The notes under the pieces: generated by a model
The model's database searches: none
What the model saw: only the letters and a program-made list of their open reading frames with translations
Told to the model about the DNA's origin: nothing
Part shown: positions 25,439-36,640 of the stretch, piece by piece
Numbering within the stretch: the first letter of the stretch is position 1
Layout of the letters: the number at the start of each line of letters is the position of its first letter
Program-made: the position numbers and the translations under genes
Origin: Desulfuromonadales bacterium
GTDB taxonomy: Bacteria; Desulfobacterota; Desulfuromonadia; Desulfuromonadales; SZUA-540
Assembly (NCBI GenBank): GCA_033549025.1
Contig: JAWSUS010000001.1
Coordinates: 32,001-96,000, forward strand
Reading direction: 5' to 3'
Length of the DNA: 64,000 nucleotides

Positions 25439-26725
25439 ATGTCCGAGATAAAAAGAGGAATTGGCACACAGGCCCTGCATGGCGGCCAGAAACCGGATCC
25501 CACCACCCGCTCAAGGGCGGTACCGATTTACCAGACCACATCCTACACCTTTGATTCCACCGCTCATGCAGCCGGGCTTTTTTCCTTGGAGCAGCAGGGA
25601 AACATCTATACCCGCATTATGAACCCCACCACCGACGTATTGGAACAGCGACTGGCGGAGATGGACGGCGGTAGCGGTGCCCTCGCGGTGGCGTCGGGTT
25701 CGGCGGCCATCAGCCTGACCGTTCTCAACCTGGCCAGCGCCGGCGACAACATCATCGCCTCCAGTCACCTGTATGGCGGCACCTACAACCTGTTTAACCA
25801 CACCCTGCGCCGCTTCGGCATCCGTGTCCGTTTTTTCGATCCGGCCTCCCCCGACACCTTGGCCGGTCTCATCGATGAAAGGACGCGGGGGATTTTCTTG
25901 GAGACGATCCCCAATCCCAAAAACTGCGTTATTGACTTCACCGCCATCAGCGCTATCGCAAAAGCACAGGGAGTTCCCCTGATTGTCGACAATACGGTGG
26001 CGACGCCCGTTCTTTTCCGTCCCATTGAGCACGGAGCCAACATCGTCTGCTATTCGCTGACCAAGTTCATTGGCGGCCATGGCACCAGCATCGGCGGCGC
26101 CGTCGTCGATCTGGGCAATTTCGACTGGGACAACGGACGCTTTCCCGAATTCACCACGCCGGATCCGAGCTACCACGGCCTCGCCTATTACCCCGCCCTG
26201 GGTGCGCAGGCGTTTATCCTGAAGATGCGCCTGACCCTGCTGCGCGACCTGGGGCCCAGCCTCTCCCCTTTCAACAGTTTTCAGATTCTACAGGGACTGG
26301 AGACGCTGCACCTGCGCATGCCCCGCCACTGTGAAAACGCCCTGGCCCTGGCCCGCCACCTGGAACAGCATCCCGACGTGGCCTGGGTCAACTATCCGGG
26401 ACTGCCCAGCCATCCCGACCATGAACGCGCCCGCCAGTATCTGCCCCAGGGGCAGGGAGCCATCCTCGGCTTCGGCATCAAGGGGGGTAAAGAGGCAGCG
26501 GCACGCTTTATCGATCATGTGCAGCTCGCCAGCCACCTGGCCAATGTCGGCGACGCCAAAACCCTGGTCATCCACCCGGCCTCGACCACCCACCAGCAAC
26601 TCACCCCCGAAGAACAGCAGTCCGCCGGGGTGACCCCCGATTATATCCGGGTCTCCGTCGGCATCGAAAGCATCGAGGATATCCTGGCCGATTTCGATCA
26701 GGCCCTGCGCGCGGCCCACGCCTAG
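25439..26725 (+). CDS. metY: O-acetylhomoserine aminocarboxypropyltransferase/sulfhydrylase, copy 2
   Basis: ATG at 25439 after [41 protein letters not shown]. Confidence 0.92.
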   Translation: MSEIKRGIGTQALHGGQKPDPTTRSRAVPIYQTTSYTFDSTAHAAGLFSLEQQGNIYTRIMNPTTDVLEQRLAEMDGGSGALAVASGSAAISLTVLNLASAGDNIIASSHLYGGTYNLFNHTLRRFGIRVRFFDPASPDTLAGLIDERTRGIFLETIPNPKNCVIDFTAISAIAKAQGVPLIVDNTVATPVLFRPIEHGANIVCYSLTKFIGGHGTSIGGAVVDLGNFDWDNGRFPEFTTPDPSYHGLAYYPALGAQAFILKMRLTLLRDLGPSLSPFNSFQILQGLETLHLRMPRHCENALALARHLEQHPDVAWVNYPGLPSHPDHERARQYLPQGQGAILGFGIKGGKEAAARFIDHVQLASHLANVGDAKTLVIHPASTTHQQLTPEEQQSAGVTPDYIRVSVGIESIEDILADFDQALRAAHA

Positions 26726-26747
26726 CGCTCGTGTTGTTCACTCCCTG

Positions 26748-26790
26748 CACCGGCATCCTGCCCGGCCCTCTCAAGGGCGGGATGCCGGTG
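26748..26790. repeat. 16-bp inverted repeat/hairpin after metY copy 2
   Basis: CACCGGCATCCTGCCC ... GGGCGGGATGCCGGTG (one G-U pair). Confidence 0.6.
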
Positions 26791-26895
26791 ACTCCGTTTC
26801 GCCACCTTCGCCCCACCCCTTTTACACCCCTTTTTATTGCCAATCCCGCCTGCGCGTGCTAAGCTCCCTGCCGCTTCTATCCCCTCAATTCCCTG

Positions 26896-27792
26896 ATGCA
26901 ACGGCCTATGAAAAAGCGTTTTTTTAAAAATCGCCTCGAGTATATCCTCTTCCTCCCCCTGGCCTTTCTGGCCCGGGTGCTCCCCCGCAATGTCGCTTTG
27001 GGTCTGGGCGCTCAGCTGGGGTGGCTCAGTCAATATCTGCTGCCCAAGCGGGCCAGGCAGGCCCGGGACAATCTGCGACAAGCCTTCCCCGACATGTCCG
27101 CGACCGACCTGAAGCAGACGATCGACGACATGTTTCGCCATTTAGGCAAAAGTGGCATGGAGATGTTGCAGCTCGACCAGTTCCGCACCGACGAGGACGT
27201 AAAGAAATACTTCACCTTCCACGGACTGGAAAATCTGAAGGAAGCGCAGGCGCTGGGCAAAGGGCTGTTCATCCTCACCGGTCATCTCGGGTTCTGGGAG
27301 GTGGGAACCTTTTTTCTGCCCCGACTCGGCGTTCCCGTCGACTTTGTCGCCAAGAGAATGAAAAACCCCTATATCGACGAGTATTTCCGGCGACTTCGCG
27401 AAGCCGGCGGCGGTCAGGTGATCGAGGCCAAACACGGCGCCCGCCGCATCGTCAAGGCGTTGGGAGAACAGCGCGCTGTAGCGATTCTGCTGGATCAGCA
27501 CATCTCGCCCCCCGCTGGGTTCAAGGTCAACTTTTTCGGGCGGCCAGCCTATACCACCCCGATTATCAGCCAGATCGCCATGAAGCTGGGAACCCCCGTG
27601 GTACCCGCGTTTTCCTATCGCAAGGACGACAATCACTACGATATCGTTTTCGAGCCGATGCTGGTCTTCGACAAGGACAACAGTGAAGAGGCGGCTCGGC
27701 GCAACACCCAGGTTCTCACCGATTACATCGAAGCCGCCGTGCGTAAAAAGATCACCCAGTGGTTCTGGGTGCACAAGCGCTGGCGGGCCTGA
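26896..27792 (+). CDS. Lipid A biosynthesis lauroyl/myristoyl acyltransferase (LpxL/HtrB family)
   Basis: TGHLGFWE, ILLDQ, FFGRPA, QWFWVHKRW. Confidence 0.9.
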   Translation: MQRPMKKRFFKNRLEYILFLPLAFLARVLPRNVALGLGAQLGWLSQYLLPKRARQARDNLRQAFPDMSATDLKQTIDDMFRHLGKSGMEMLQLDQFRTDEDVKKYFTFHGLENLKEAQALGKGLFILTGHLGFWEVGTFFLPRLGVPVDFVAKRMKNPYIDEYFRRLREAGGGQVIEAKHGARRIVKALGEQRAVAILLDQHISPPAGFKVNFFGRPAYTTPIISQIAMKLGTPVVPAFSYRKDDNHYDIVFEPMLVFDKDNSEEAARRNTQVLTDYIEAAVRKKITQWFWVHKRWRA

Positions 27793-27806
27793 TTGGCCCC
27801 ATTCCT

Positions 27807-28283
27807 ATGAACATAGCGCCCCTCCCCTTCCATATTGTGCTCATCGAGCCGGAAATCCCCCCCAACACTGGCAACATCGCCCGCCTGTGCGCGGCCACGG
27901 GCACTCATCTGCACCTGGTGGGCAAGCTCGGCTTTTCCCTCGACGACAAGCATCTCAAACGGGCCGGTCTCGACTACTGGCCGGCCGTCAAGCTGCAGCG
28001 CTGGCCATCCCTGACGGACCTGCAGCAGGCCTTTCCCGAGGGCCGCTTTTGGTACACCTCCAAAAAGGCGGCACACTCCTACGTCCAGGCCGCGTTTCAG
28101 CCCGGAGATTTCATTGTTTTCGGAAAAGAAACGGAAGGACTGCCGGAAGAGTTGCTGGAACAAAACGCCGAGAACACCATTCGCATCCCGATTTTCTCGC
28201 CGGATGTGCGCAGCCTGAACCTGTCGACGGCGGCGGGAATCGTGCTGTACGAGGCCCTGCGACAGGCGGGACGCCTTAGCTGA
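27807..28283 (+). CDS. trmL: tRNA (cytidine/uridine-34 2'-O)-methyltransferase
   Basis: PEIPPNTGNIARLC, KRAGLDYW, FGKETEGLP, RSLNLS. Confidence 0.95.
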   Translation: MNIAPLPFHIVLIEPEIPPNTGNIARLCAATGTHLHLVGKLGFSLDDKHLKRAGLDYWPAVKLQRWPSLTDLQQAFPEGRFWYTSKKAAHSYVQAAFQPGDFIVFGKETEGLPEELLEQNAENTIRIPIFSPDVRSLNLSTAAGIVLYEALRQAGRLS

Positions 28284-28926
28284 GGGGTTTTTTCTCCTCT
28301 TCGCGGTCTGTCAGGCGGGCCAGCGCCCGGTCATGCCAGCGGGACAGCAGCAGCAAAGCCGCGACCGCCCCCACCAACGCCCAGAACATATCCCACTGAG
28401 TATCCCAGATATCCCCTTGCAGGGAGAGAAAGGCGTCCGCGGCGGTGCCGGTAAGAACGGACATCCACCATTCGACCAGTTCATAAAAGGCGCTGATAGC
28501 CAGACAGACACAAGTGACCAGGAAAAAGAGCCAACCGCCCGACCGCAGGGGCGAAGTGCGCAACAGAATTTCCCGGGCCACAATAGCGGGAACGAAGCCC
28601 TGGGCCAGGTGCCCGACACGGTCGTAGTAGTTGCGCTGCAGATCGTAGGTGTCCTGCAGCCAGTTGAACAGGGGCACTTCGGCATAGGTATGGTGACTGC
28701 CGACAATCAGGATGGCGGCGTGCAGCCAGATAAGCACATAGGCGAGATTGGTCAAGCGGAAGGTGCGGTAGGTCAGAAGCAGGACGATGACGGCGACGAT
28801 GGCCGGAAAGGCCTCGAGAATCCAGATAAAAAGGTCGGCCGGCTCGATGACCGACCAAACCAGCAGGGCCAGCAGGCTGATAAGCAGAAAAAGATGAAGG
28901 TTCCTGTCCCTGGTTGACGCCACCAT
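28276..28926 (-). CDS. DUF2238/YjdF family membrane protein
   Basis: HTYAEVP, RNYYDRVGH, YELVEWW, QGDIWDTQWDM. Confidence 0.88.
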   Translation of the reverse strand: MVASTRDRNLHLFLLISLLALLVWSVIEPADLFIWILEAFPAIVAVIVLLLTYRTFRLTNLAYVLIWLHAAILIVGSHHTYAEVPLFNWLQDTYDLQRNYYDRVGHLAQGFVPAIVAREILLRTSPLRSGGWLFFLVTCVCLAISAFYELVEWWMSVLTGTAADAFLSLQGDIWDTQWDMFWALVGAVAALLLLSRWHDRALARLTDREEEKKPLS

Positions 28927-28950
28927 CCCGGCTCCTGCCCAAATGACGAT

Positions 28951-29484
28951 TTAGCTCTCTTCCCCGGCCTGCTGCTTTTCAAAATCCAACAACCACTGCT
29001 TGGTGGCTACCCCCTGCCCCCCCGAATAGCCTGTCAGCCTGCCGCCCCCTCCGACGACCCGATGACAGGGGACGACGATGGGAAAAGGATTGGTGGCCAT
29101 GGCCCGTCCGACGGCCCGAGCCGCCTGGGGCGAGCCAGCCAGTGTCGCCAGGTCGCCGTAGGTCAGGGTGCGGCCGTAATCTACCCGCGACAAGAGGGTC
29201 AACACCCTGCGGGTAAAGACCGGCAGGTTCACCATATCTAGAGGTAGCTCAAACTGCCGCCGGCGCCCATCAAAATAGGCGTTCAGCTGTCCTGCCGCAT
29301 TGTGCAGAAGGGCATTTTCCTGTTCCCTCGCTTGGGGATATTTGCGGCGAATCTGCTCTTTTATGATAGCCGGGTCTGCCTGAAAGACAATCTCCACGAG
29401 GCTGTCTTGATTCCCGACAAGTCCAAACATTCCCACCGGGGATTTCATCAAGGCAAAAAAGATTTTTTCGCTTTTCAGCATCAT
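28951..29484 (-). CDS. ogt: Methylated-DNA-protein-cysteine methyltransferase
   Basis: ARAVGRAMATNP, PCHRVV. Confidence 0.93.
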   Translation of the reverse strand: MMLKSEKIFFALMKSPVGMFGLVGNQDSLVEIVFQADPAIIKEQIRRKYPQAREQENALLHNAAGQLNAYFDGRRRQFELPLDMVNLPVFTRRVLTLLSRVDYGRTLTYGDLATLAGSPQAARAVGRAMATNPFPIVVPCHRVVGGGGRLTGYSGGQGVATKQWLLDFEKQQAGEES

Positions 29485-31052
29485 GCTCGCCTCCCGAGTT
29501 TGCGCCGTATCAACGCATAGGCCTCGGCGGCTTGGGGTATGCGTACCGCCATGCAGCCAACGCCGTACACCAACATCCCCGTACTTACCGCGGCGACCAG
29601 CACCACCGCCTTGAGTCCATGCCGGCCAGCCTCAGTCCAGGGGCCGAACTGTAAAATGGTCCAAACCACGACTCCCATAAGCACCGTGACGGGAATAAGC
29701 CGCAGCAGGTTCGTGATGACCGGTTTCAACCCAAGCGGACCGGCCACCCGCCGCAGCATCCACAGCAGGAGGGCGCCGTTGAACACGGATGAAAGGGTCA
29801 GGGCCAGTGCCAGCCCCAGGTGTTTGAAAGGCCCCATGAGTGCCAGACCGAGGCCGGCATTGACCAGCAGGGTCCAGAAGGATATCCAGACGGGTGTGCG
29901 CGTATTCTTCATGGCATAGAAAGCCGGAACCACCACGCGACTGATGCCGAGGAAAAAGAGCCCCGGCGCATAAAAGGCCAGAGCCAGGGCAGACTGGCGG
30001 ACTTCCTCGAAACCGAAAGCGCCGGACATGAAAAACAGGCTGAAGACAGGCACCGCGCACAACAGCAGGCCGACCGCGGCCGGCACAGTGAAGAGGGCGA
30101 TCAGGATGAGGGCGAATCGGAGCGACTCCTTGAGGCCGTCCATATCCCCGAGGGAGGCCTGGCGGCTCATGGAAGGAAGCACGGCCTGGGCCAGCGAAAC
30201 GATGAAGATCCCCTGCGGAAATTCAAAAAGACGCTGACCGTAATAAAGGTAGGAGACGCTTCCTTCAGGCAAGAAGGAGGCCAGCAGACGCGTGAGAACC
30301 ACATTGATCTGATAGATCGCCACCCCGGCTATCCCCGGCAGCATCAGCGAAGCGATACGGCGCACCGCCGGATGGGAGAATGAGAAGTCGAGTCGCAGGC
30401 GGATCTCCGTCGCCTTGAGGGCCGGGAACTGCATGAGGAGCTGGAGCAGGCCGCCAAGAAGAACCCCGACCGCCAGAGCTGTGATGGGCACCTCGAACAG
30501 GGGGGAGAGGAAGATCGCGCTCAGAATCATGGCGATATTGAGTACCAGGGGTGAGACGGAGGGCCAGAAATAGCGGCCGTGGACGTTGAGGATGCCGGTA
30601 AGCAGCGCCAGCAGACTAACGAAAAAGATATAAGGGAACATGATCCGATTAAGGTAATCGGTCAAAGCCAGCTTTCCCTCAATGCTGCCAAACCCGAAGC
30701 CGATAAAACGCACGATATAAGGGGAGCCAAGCACACCGGCCAGGGTCACCAGGGTCAGCACGATCAGCAGCAGCGTCCAGCAGATGGAAGCGACGCGCCG
30801 AGCTTCAGCTGGCCCTTCCCGGTGCAAGACGTCGGAGAAGGTGGGGACAAAGGCGGCGGTCAGAGACCCTTCGGCGAAAAATCGGCGCAGCAGATTGGGA
30901 ATAGTGAAGGCCATGAAAAAGGCATCTGTCGCGAATCCCGCGCCGAAAAAACCCGCCACCACCATATCGCGCACCAAACCGCCAATACGGCTCAAGCCGG
31001 TCGCCAGGCCCATGATCCCTGTTGCCCTGGAAATGTGTCCTTTTTCTGACAT
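29481..31052 (-). CDS. murJ: Lipid II flippase MurJ (MviN)
   Basis: SRIGGLVRD, IPNLLRRFFAEG, RLFEFPQG; likely start MSEKGH. Confidence 0.95.
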   Translation of the reverse strand: MSEKGHISRATGIMGLATGLSRIGGLVRDMVVAGFFGAGFATDAFFMAFTIPNLLRRFFAEGSLTAAFVPTFSDVLHREGPAEARRVASICWTLLLIVLTLVTLAGVLGSPYIVRFIGFGFGSIEGKLALTDYLNRIMFPYIFFVSLLALLTGILNVHGRYFWPSVSPLVLNIAMILSAIFLSPLFEVPITALAVGVLLGGLLQLLMQFPALKATEIRLRLDFSFSHPAVRRIASLMLPGIAGVAIYQINVVLTRLLASFLPEGSVSYLYYGQRLFEFPQGIFIVSLAQAVLPSMSRQASLGDMDGLKESLRFALILIALFTVPAAVGLLLCAVPVFSLFFMSGAFGFEEVRQSALALAFYAPGLFFLGISRVVVPAFYAMKNTRTPVWISFWTLLVNAGLGLALMGPFKHLGLALALTLSSVFNGALLLWMLRRVAGPLGLKPVITNLLRLIPVTVLMGVVVWTILQFGPWTEAGRHGLKAVVLVAAVSTGMLVYGVGCMAVRIPQAAEAYALIRRKLGRRA

Positions 31053-31242
31053 GATGCCCAGCCTGTCTCTAGTCGTTTCATCGCCCCGGGAGTCCGTATA
31101 AGAGCTGGCCCTGCTTTCCCGAGGGGTGTCATACTGCCACAAAGAGGTTACAGCAGGTATTATTTTTTATTAATCCACAGAAACGTTGCCGCAAACCCTT
31201 GATTTAGGGGATTTTTATTGAAGTTATTAATTGTTTTTTATA

Positions 31243-31272
31243 TTGACATCTCGTCATGGAGAATGCTATAAA
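31243..31272 (+). promoter_or_regulatory. Sigma70 promoter for rpsT
   Basis: TTGACA-18 nt-TATAAA with extended TG and AT-rich UP element. Confidence 0.75.
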
Positions 31273-31323
31273 CGGGCCTTCGCAAGCAACATTAATACAA
31301 AAGAATCACTGGAGGATAGAACC

Positions 31324-31587
31324 TTGGCAAATCACAAGTCAGCACTGAAAAGAAATCGTCAGAACGCCGTCCGCAACGCCCGCAACACGCACATCCGTTC
31401 GTCCATGAGAACCTTTGTCAAGAAGGTCCGTGAAGCAGTATCCGCCGGTGATGCGGAAGCGGCCAAAGCTGCTCTGGCGCAGGCTGTTCCTTTTATCGAC
31501 AAAGCCTCCACCAAGGGGGTCATTCATAAGGCTACGGCCAGCCGCAAAATCTCTCGCCTGACCAAGCTTGTCAACACCATGGGCTAA
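31324..31587 (+). CDS. rpsT: 30S ribosomal protein S20 (TTG start)
   Basis: [36 protein letters not shown] before TTG. Confidence 0.96.
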   Translation: MANHKSALKRNRQNAVRNARNTHIRSSMRTFVKKVREAVSAGDAEAAKAALAQAVPFIDKASTKGVIHKATASRKISRLTKLVNTMG

Positions 31588-31618
31588 GAGAAACCCGGCC
31601 TTTAGACAGATTAAACCC

Positions 31619-31646
31619 AAAGGGGGGCTTTCGCCCCCCTTTTTTT
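31619..31646. terminator. Intrinsic terminator after rpsT
   Basis: AAAGGGGGGC TTTC GCCCCCCTTTTTTT. Confidence 0.85.
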
Positions 31647-31664
31647 GTGCCCTAGACTGAGCTA

Positions 31665-32657
31665 TCAAGCCCCGATCACGTTGAGCACCAGTTCTTCCAT
31701 AAGCGCTTCGTCATTGGCGCCACTCGATTTAAGGGCCACATCCGTCTGCAGAAACAACTCAAATATGCGCCGATATTGCCCCGCAGAAAACAAGTCCGCC
31801 TGGGCAATCAGGCCATCGGCGAAATAAGGATTGACGCCTACCTGTCGGGGAATATCCCGGCGCGGCACCTTCTGGTCGAGAAGCTCCCTGATTTTCCAAA
31901 GGCTCCTGTAATGGCGCGCCAACATGGTCAAAATCACCAAAGAAACAACGCCATCCTCTTGCAGACGCCGCAAAAATCGCAGGGCTTCACCCGTCTGGCG
32001 TTTTCCCAGCGCATTGCCGAGATCGAAGACCGTGTCCACCCGGGTGTCGGAGACAACGGCCTTCACTTCGGCTACATCAATTAAACGTTCCTCCCCTACA
32101 TACCCGTAGAGCTTGCTCAGTTCGGCATCAATTTCCTGAAGATTGGTGCCGACACGGCGGCAGAAAAGAGCTAACCCCTCTTCTGTGAAACTCTTTTTCG
32201 CTTCCCTGACGTGGTTCTTGACGAAGGCCGGGATTTGATTGTCGTAGAGCGGCTTGAATTCGACCAACTCACCGTGCTTTTTAAATTCCTGAAAAAATTT
32301 TCGGCGGGCATCGATCTTGTCGGCGACGAAGATCAGCACGGTTTCAGGAACGGCATAAGGCAGATAGGGGAGGAAAAGGTCGAGTTGTGCCGCGGTCAGG
32401 AGCTGGGCGTCCTTGATGATAATAAGACGGCGGGCAGAAAAGACCGGGAAGGTGCGGGCGGCATCGAGAATATTTTCTACAGCGGCGTCCTTGCCATAGT
32501 AGATGGTCAGATTGAAATCACGGGCGTCGGCCGGGACAAGGGAATCGCGCAGGGCTTCCAGGCAGCGGTCACGCAAATAGGTTTCCGCCCCATGGAGATA
32601 AATCAGAGAGGGTACCTTGCCATCGTCAACAGCCCGTAAAAGTTCAACATGAGTCAT
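31665..32657 (-). CDS. holA: DNA polymerase III delta subunit
   Basis: YLHGAETYL, DFN, TFPVFSARRLIII, ELSKL, DVALKS; typical position after lptE. Confidence 0.9.
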   Translation of the reverse strand: MTHVELLRAVDDGKVPSLIYLHGAETYLRDRCLEALRDSLVPADARDFNLTIYYGKDAAVENILDAARTFPVFSARRLIIIKDAQLLTAAQLDLFLPYLPYAVPETVLIFVADKIDARRKFFQEFKKHGELVEFKPLYDNQIPAFVKNHVREAKKSFTEEGLALFCRRVGTNLQEIDAELSKLYGYVGEERLIDVAEVKAVVSDTRVDTVFDLGNALGKRQTGEALRFLRRLQEDGVVSLVILTMLARHYRSLWKIRELLDQKVPRRDIPRQVGVNPYFADGLIAQADLFSAGQYRRIFELFLQTDVALKSSGANDEALMEELVLNVIGA

Positions 32658-32673
32658 GACTTTTCATCCCCGG

Positions 32674-33186
32674 TCAAAAGTTTTCAAGGATGCGAAAGTA
32701 CAACTCTTCGGCCACGCGTTCGGCGATCAGGCTCTGGATTTCGCTTTCCCGGTCTTCCTGTACGCCTTTGTCCGGGCTTGTGCGGTATTCATCATCCCAG
32801 ACAACCTGGCCCTTCCACAAAGCCTTGCCATCGGTCGCCTGTCGCAGGGTCGCCTGAACGGAAAGTGTAGCGCGATACTCGAGGATTCTGTCTTCGGGAC
32901 CATAGGATACCGCCGACGACGAATATCCCGTGACCGTCCCCGTCAAAACGACATCGGCGTCATCCCAGCTCTCGACGATCTCCATCTCGGGCTTGCGCGC
33001 AAACCTGGTCACCACGGCGTTAGTGACCAGGTCTTCCAGGTAAGGTTCAGCCGTCTTATTGCCGAACAGCTCGACATACAGTCTGTTTTCCCCTTCAGAA
33101 AAGCGATTCGTCTTTTCGGAAAACTGGTAGCCGCACCCGCCAAGCATCAGAAGGCAAAGGACCAGAAAAGGGAGCGCGGACCTCAT
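32674..33186 (-). CDS. lptE: LPS assembly lipoprotein LptE
   Basis: LGGCGY lipobox; leuS-lptE-holA synteny. Confidence 0.85.
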   Translation of the reverse strand: MRSALPFLVLCLLMLGGCGYQFSEKTNRFSEGENRLYVELFGNKTAEPYLEDLVTNAVVTRFARKPEMEIVESWDDADVVLTGTVTGYSSSAVSYGPEDRILEYRATLSVQATLRQATDGKALWKGQVVWDDEYRTSPDKGVQEDRESEIQSLIAERVAEELYFRILENF

Positions 33187-35738
33187 GCCACCACCACGCT
33201 GACGAGGCGACCAGGCACCACGACAATTTTTCGAATCGTTTTGCCTTCAAGGAAGCGCGCCACGTTTTCCTCTTCGATGGCCGCCGTCTTGATCGCCTCT
33301 TCCCCGGCGTCTGCGGCTACCGTGATCTTGCCACGTACCTTGCCGTTGACCTGCACAACGATGAGCTTTTCATCTTCCACCAAAGCCTCGGCATCTACCT
33401 GGGGCCAGCCCGCCTCACTGAGTCGGTCCCGATGGCCGATGAGGCTCCACAATTCTTCGGTGATGTGAGGCACAAACGGCGACAGCAGGCGCAGGACAGC
33501 CTCGATGGCTTCACGTACCGCACCGGGGTATTTCTCCTTTTCGTCAAAGCCGTACAGGGCGTTCACCAGTTCCATGACGGCAGCAATGGCCGTGTTGAAG
33601 TGGAAGCGACCATCGATATCTTCCGTCACCTTTTTGATGGTTCGGTGGGTAGCCCGGCGCAGATTTCTGGCCGCGCCATCGAGCTCGGGAACAATGGAGG
33701 CGGCGCCCAGCAGGGCATGGTTTTCATAGACAATGCGCCAAACCCGCCCCAAAAAGCGATAACATCCTTCGACCCCCTGATCGTTCCACTCCAGGTCTTT
33801 TTCGGGAGGAGCGGCAAAAAGGGTAAAGAGACGGGCCGTATCAGCGCCATAACGGCTGATGAGATTGTCCGGGTCGACCACGTTTTTCTTGGATTTACTC
33901 ATCTTCTCGTTGCGGCCGGTCACGGCTTCGGCCTGACAGCGGGAACACTTGCCCTCCACGACTTCCTCAGGATAAAGCCAGCCATGCTCGGGGCAGGAAC
34001 GGGTTTCCATGCACACCATTCCCTGTGTCAGGAGATTGGTGAAAGGTTCGTCAACCTTCATCATGCCCAGATCGCGAAGGACCTTGGTAAAAAAGCGCGC
34101 ATACAATAGATGCATGACCGCATGTTCGACCCCGCCGATATATTGATCAACCGGCAGCCAGTACTCCGCCGCCGCTTTATCGACGGGACCGGAAGGAAAG
34201 TCGGGGCAGGTGTAGCGGGCAAAATACCAGGAGCTCTCAACAAAGGTGTCGAAGGTGTCGCATTCCCGCCGGGCTACTTCGCCGCACTGGGGGCAAGTCA
34301 CGCGGACAAAATCCTGGCTTTTGGCCAGGGGGCTTCCCCCCTCGCCAGTAAATTCAACGTCGGTAGGCAACACCACCGGCAGGTCCTGTTCGGGCACGGG
34401 AACGACGCCACAGACGTCGCAGTAGATGATGGGGATGGGAGTACCCCAGTAGCGTTGCCGGGAAACCCCCCAGTCGCGCAGACGATAGTTGACCGTCTTT
34501 TGGCCGATGCCTTCCTGCTGCAGGTAATCGGCAATCTTCTCCTTGGCCGTATCGTTGTCCAGCCCATCAAAAGTACCGGAGTTGACCATAATGCCTGGAC
34601 CCGTCCAGGCCTCGGTCATGGTCTCGGCCGCCAACGCCTCTCCTTGCGGCTGAATGACCACAACTTTAGGCAGATCGTATTTTTGGGCAAACTCGAAATC
34701 GCGCTGGTCGTGGGTGGGAACAGCCATGACGGCGCCAGTGCCGTAATCCATCAGCACGAAATTGGCCAAAAAGACCGGCATACGCTTCTTGCTGACGGGG
34801 TTGATGCAATAGGCACCGGTAAAAACACCCTCCTTTTCCAGATCGTCGCTAGTGCGCTTGATCTTGTCCTGCTTCTTGATGCGGGCAATGAAATCCTCGA
34901 CCTCCTGACGCCGGTCAGCCGTAGCGATCTCAAGCGCCAGTGGATGCTCGGGAGCCAGACTCATGAAGGTCGCCCCGAATAGCGTGTCCTGACGGGTGGT
35001 GAAGACGCGGATCTTCTTGAGCGCCCCTTCCAGCGGAAAATCGATTTCGCAACCCGTGCTGCGGCCGATCCAGTTTCTCTGCATGGTCAACACGGACTCA
35101 GGCCAGCCCTTGAGTTCTTCGATGCAGTCGAGCAGTTCCTGAGCGTACGCGGTGGTCTTGAAGAACCACTGCTCCAGTTCCTTGGGCACCACCTCGCTGT
35201 CGCAGCGCCAGCAGCATCCTTCTTCCACCTGCTCGTTGGCCAGAACCGTCTGACACTCGGGACACCAGTTGACGGAAGAGCTCTTCTTGTAGGCCAAACC
35301 CTTTTCGTACATCTTGAGAAAGACGAGCTGTTCCCATTTGTAGTAGTCGACATCACAGGTCGCCAGTTCGCGGTCCCAATCGTAAGAAAGACCCATTTTT
35401 TTCAGCTGCGAACGCATGTTGGCGATGTTCTCATAGGTCCACTTGGCCGGATGGGTGCCATGCTGAATGGCGGCGTTTTCCGCCGGCATCCCGAAGGCAT
35501 CCCAGCCCATGGGATGAAGAACATTGAAGCCCTGCATGCGCTTGAAGCGGGCGACAACGTCCCCGATGGAATAATTGCGTACATGGCCCATATGGATACG
35601 ACCCGACGGATAGGGGAACATCTCCAGAAGATAGTATTTGGGCTTGTCGGAGAATTCTCCGACCTTAAAGGTCTTTTCCTCTTCCCATATCTTCTGCCAT
35701 TTGCCTTCTAGGGTCGTGGCGTTATACCGCTCTTCCAT
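33183..35738 (-). CDS. leuS: Leucyl-tRNA synthetase
   Basis: [32 protein letters not shown]. Confidence 0.98.
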   Translation of the reverse strand: MEERYNATTLEGKWQKIWEEEKTFKVGEFSDKPKYYLLEMFPYPSGRIHMGHVRNYSIGDVVARFKRMQGFNVLHPMGWDAFGMPAENAAIQHGTHPAKWTYENIANMRSQLKKMGLSYDWDRELATCDVDYYKWEQLVFLKMYEKGLAYKKSSSVNWCPECQTVLANEQVEEGCCWRCDSEVVPKELEQWFFKTTAYAQELLDCIEELKGWPESVLTMQRNWIGRSTGCEIDFPLEGALKKIRVFTTRQDTLFGATFMSLAPEHPLALEIATADRRQEVEDFIARIKKQDKIKRTSDDLEKEGVFTGAYCINPVSKKRMPVFLANFVLMDYGTGAVMAVPTHDQRDFEFAQKYDLPKVVVIQPQGEALAAETMTEAWTGPGIMVNSGTFDGLDNDTAKEKIADYLQQEGIGQKTVNYRLRDWGVSRQRYWGTPIPIIYCDVCGVVPVPEQDLPVVLPTDVEFTGEGGSPLAKSQDFVRVTCPQCGEVARRECDTFDTFVESSWYFARYTCPDFPSGPVDKAAAEYWLPVDQYIGGVEHAVMHLLYARFFTKVLRDLGMMKVDEPFTNLLTQGMVCMETRSCPEHGWLYPEEVVEGKCSRCQAEAVTGRNEKMSKSKKNVVDPDNLISRYGADTARLFTLFAAPPEKDLEWNDQGVEGCYRFLGRVWRIVYENHALLGAASIVPELDGAARNLRRATHRTIKKVTEDIDGRFHFNTAIAAVMELVNALYGFDEKEKYPGAVREAIEAVLRLLSPFVPHITEELWSLIGHRDRLSEAGWPQVDAEALVEDEKLIVVQVNGKVRGKITVAADAGEEAIKTAAIEEENVARFLEGKTIRKIVVVPGRLVSVVVA

Positions 35739-35897
35739 AGTGCCTCCGAAATGTCACTTCACGGGGAAAAAACAGGAATACCGGCATGCGCCGGTATGGT
35801 TGTCGTCAATGAATGGCCACGGCTCTGCGCTGGCGCAGAGAGCACCAGCACGGGCCGCAGAGAACCGCTTTGCCCACAAGAGGACGGCGAAAACGGC

Positions 35898-36116
35898 TTA
35901 CTTTTCGCGATAGGTGATTCGGCCGCGGGTCAGGTCGTAGGGCGAGAGCTCTACGGTGACACGGTCACCGGGCAGAATGCGGATATAAAATTTGCGCATC
36001 TTTCCGGAAATGTGTGCCAGGACAATATGTCCGTTATCCAGTTTGACCCGAAACATGGCATTGGGTAGCGGTTCGATGACCGATCCCTCGACTTCTATTG
36101 CTTCTTCCTTTGCCAA
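35898..36116 (-). CDS. infA: Translation initiation factor IF-1 (TTG start)
   Basis: [10 protein letters not shown]...LPNAMFRV...SGKMR...[16 protein letters not shown] precedes TTG at 36116. Confidence 0.96.
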   Translation of the reverse strand: MAKEEAIEVEGSVIEPLPNAMFRVKLDNGHIVLAHISGKMRKFYIRILPGDRVTVELSPYDLTRGRITYREK

Positions 36117-36245
36117 AATGGCCTCCATCTAAAAATTAATTGAAACAGGGAAAAGGCAGTATCAAAACCCGGCTATTTAACCTAAATACAACAGGCGTTG
36201 TCAAGTCCCATCCCCGGGGCCAGGCAACATAGCCTGCCCTCAGAC

Positions 36246-36626
36246 TTATACGGCAAGATTCAGCAGACGTTTGGCTGAATCGATAATCTTGGTGGTCTGA
36301 ATCGGTTTGGTAATATATTCATTGGCCCCCAGGGCGAGCGCCCTTTCACGGTCTTCATGCGCCCCTTCGGTGGTAATAATGACAATGGGAACACTCTTGT
36401 AGCTGGGATCGTTGCGGACCAGGCTGACGAGTTTCAACCCATCCATGATCGGCATATTGATATCGGTGAAGATCAGATCGAACTTCTCAACGGACAACTT
36501 CTTGAGACCATCCACGCCATCACTGGCCTCGACAATTGAAAGTCCTCGCATCCGCTTCAGGGCAAATACGATGAGTTGCCGCATCGTCGGCGAATCTTCA
36601 ACGACGAGCACCTTGTAGGTTGACAT
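36246..36626 (-). CDS. cheY: CheY-like single-domain response regulator
   Basis: VEDSPTMR, TDINMP, TTEG, KP. Confidence 0.9.
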   Translation of the reverse strand: MSTYKVLVVEDSPTMRQLIVFALKRMRGLSIVEASDGVDGLKKLSVEKFDLIFTDINMPIMDGLKLVSLVRNDPSYKSVPIVIITTEGAHEDRERALALGANEYITKPIQTTKIIDSAKRLLNLAV

Positions 36627-36640
36627 GGAACCCTCCCCCA

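Noticed and set aside
35739..35897. Structured regulatory leader for leuS
   Set aside because: Two short GC palindromes only; no leader peptide or T-box evidence
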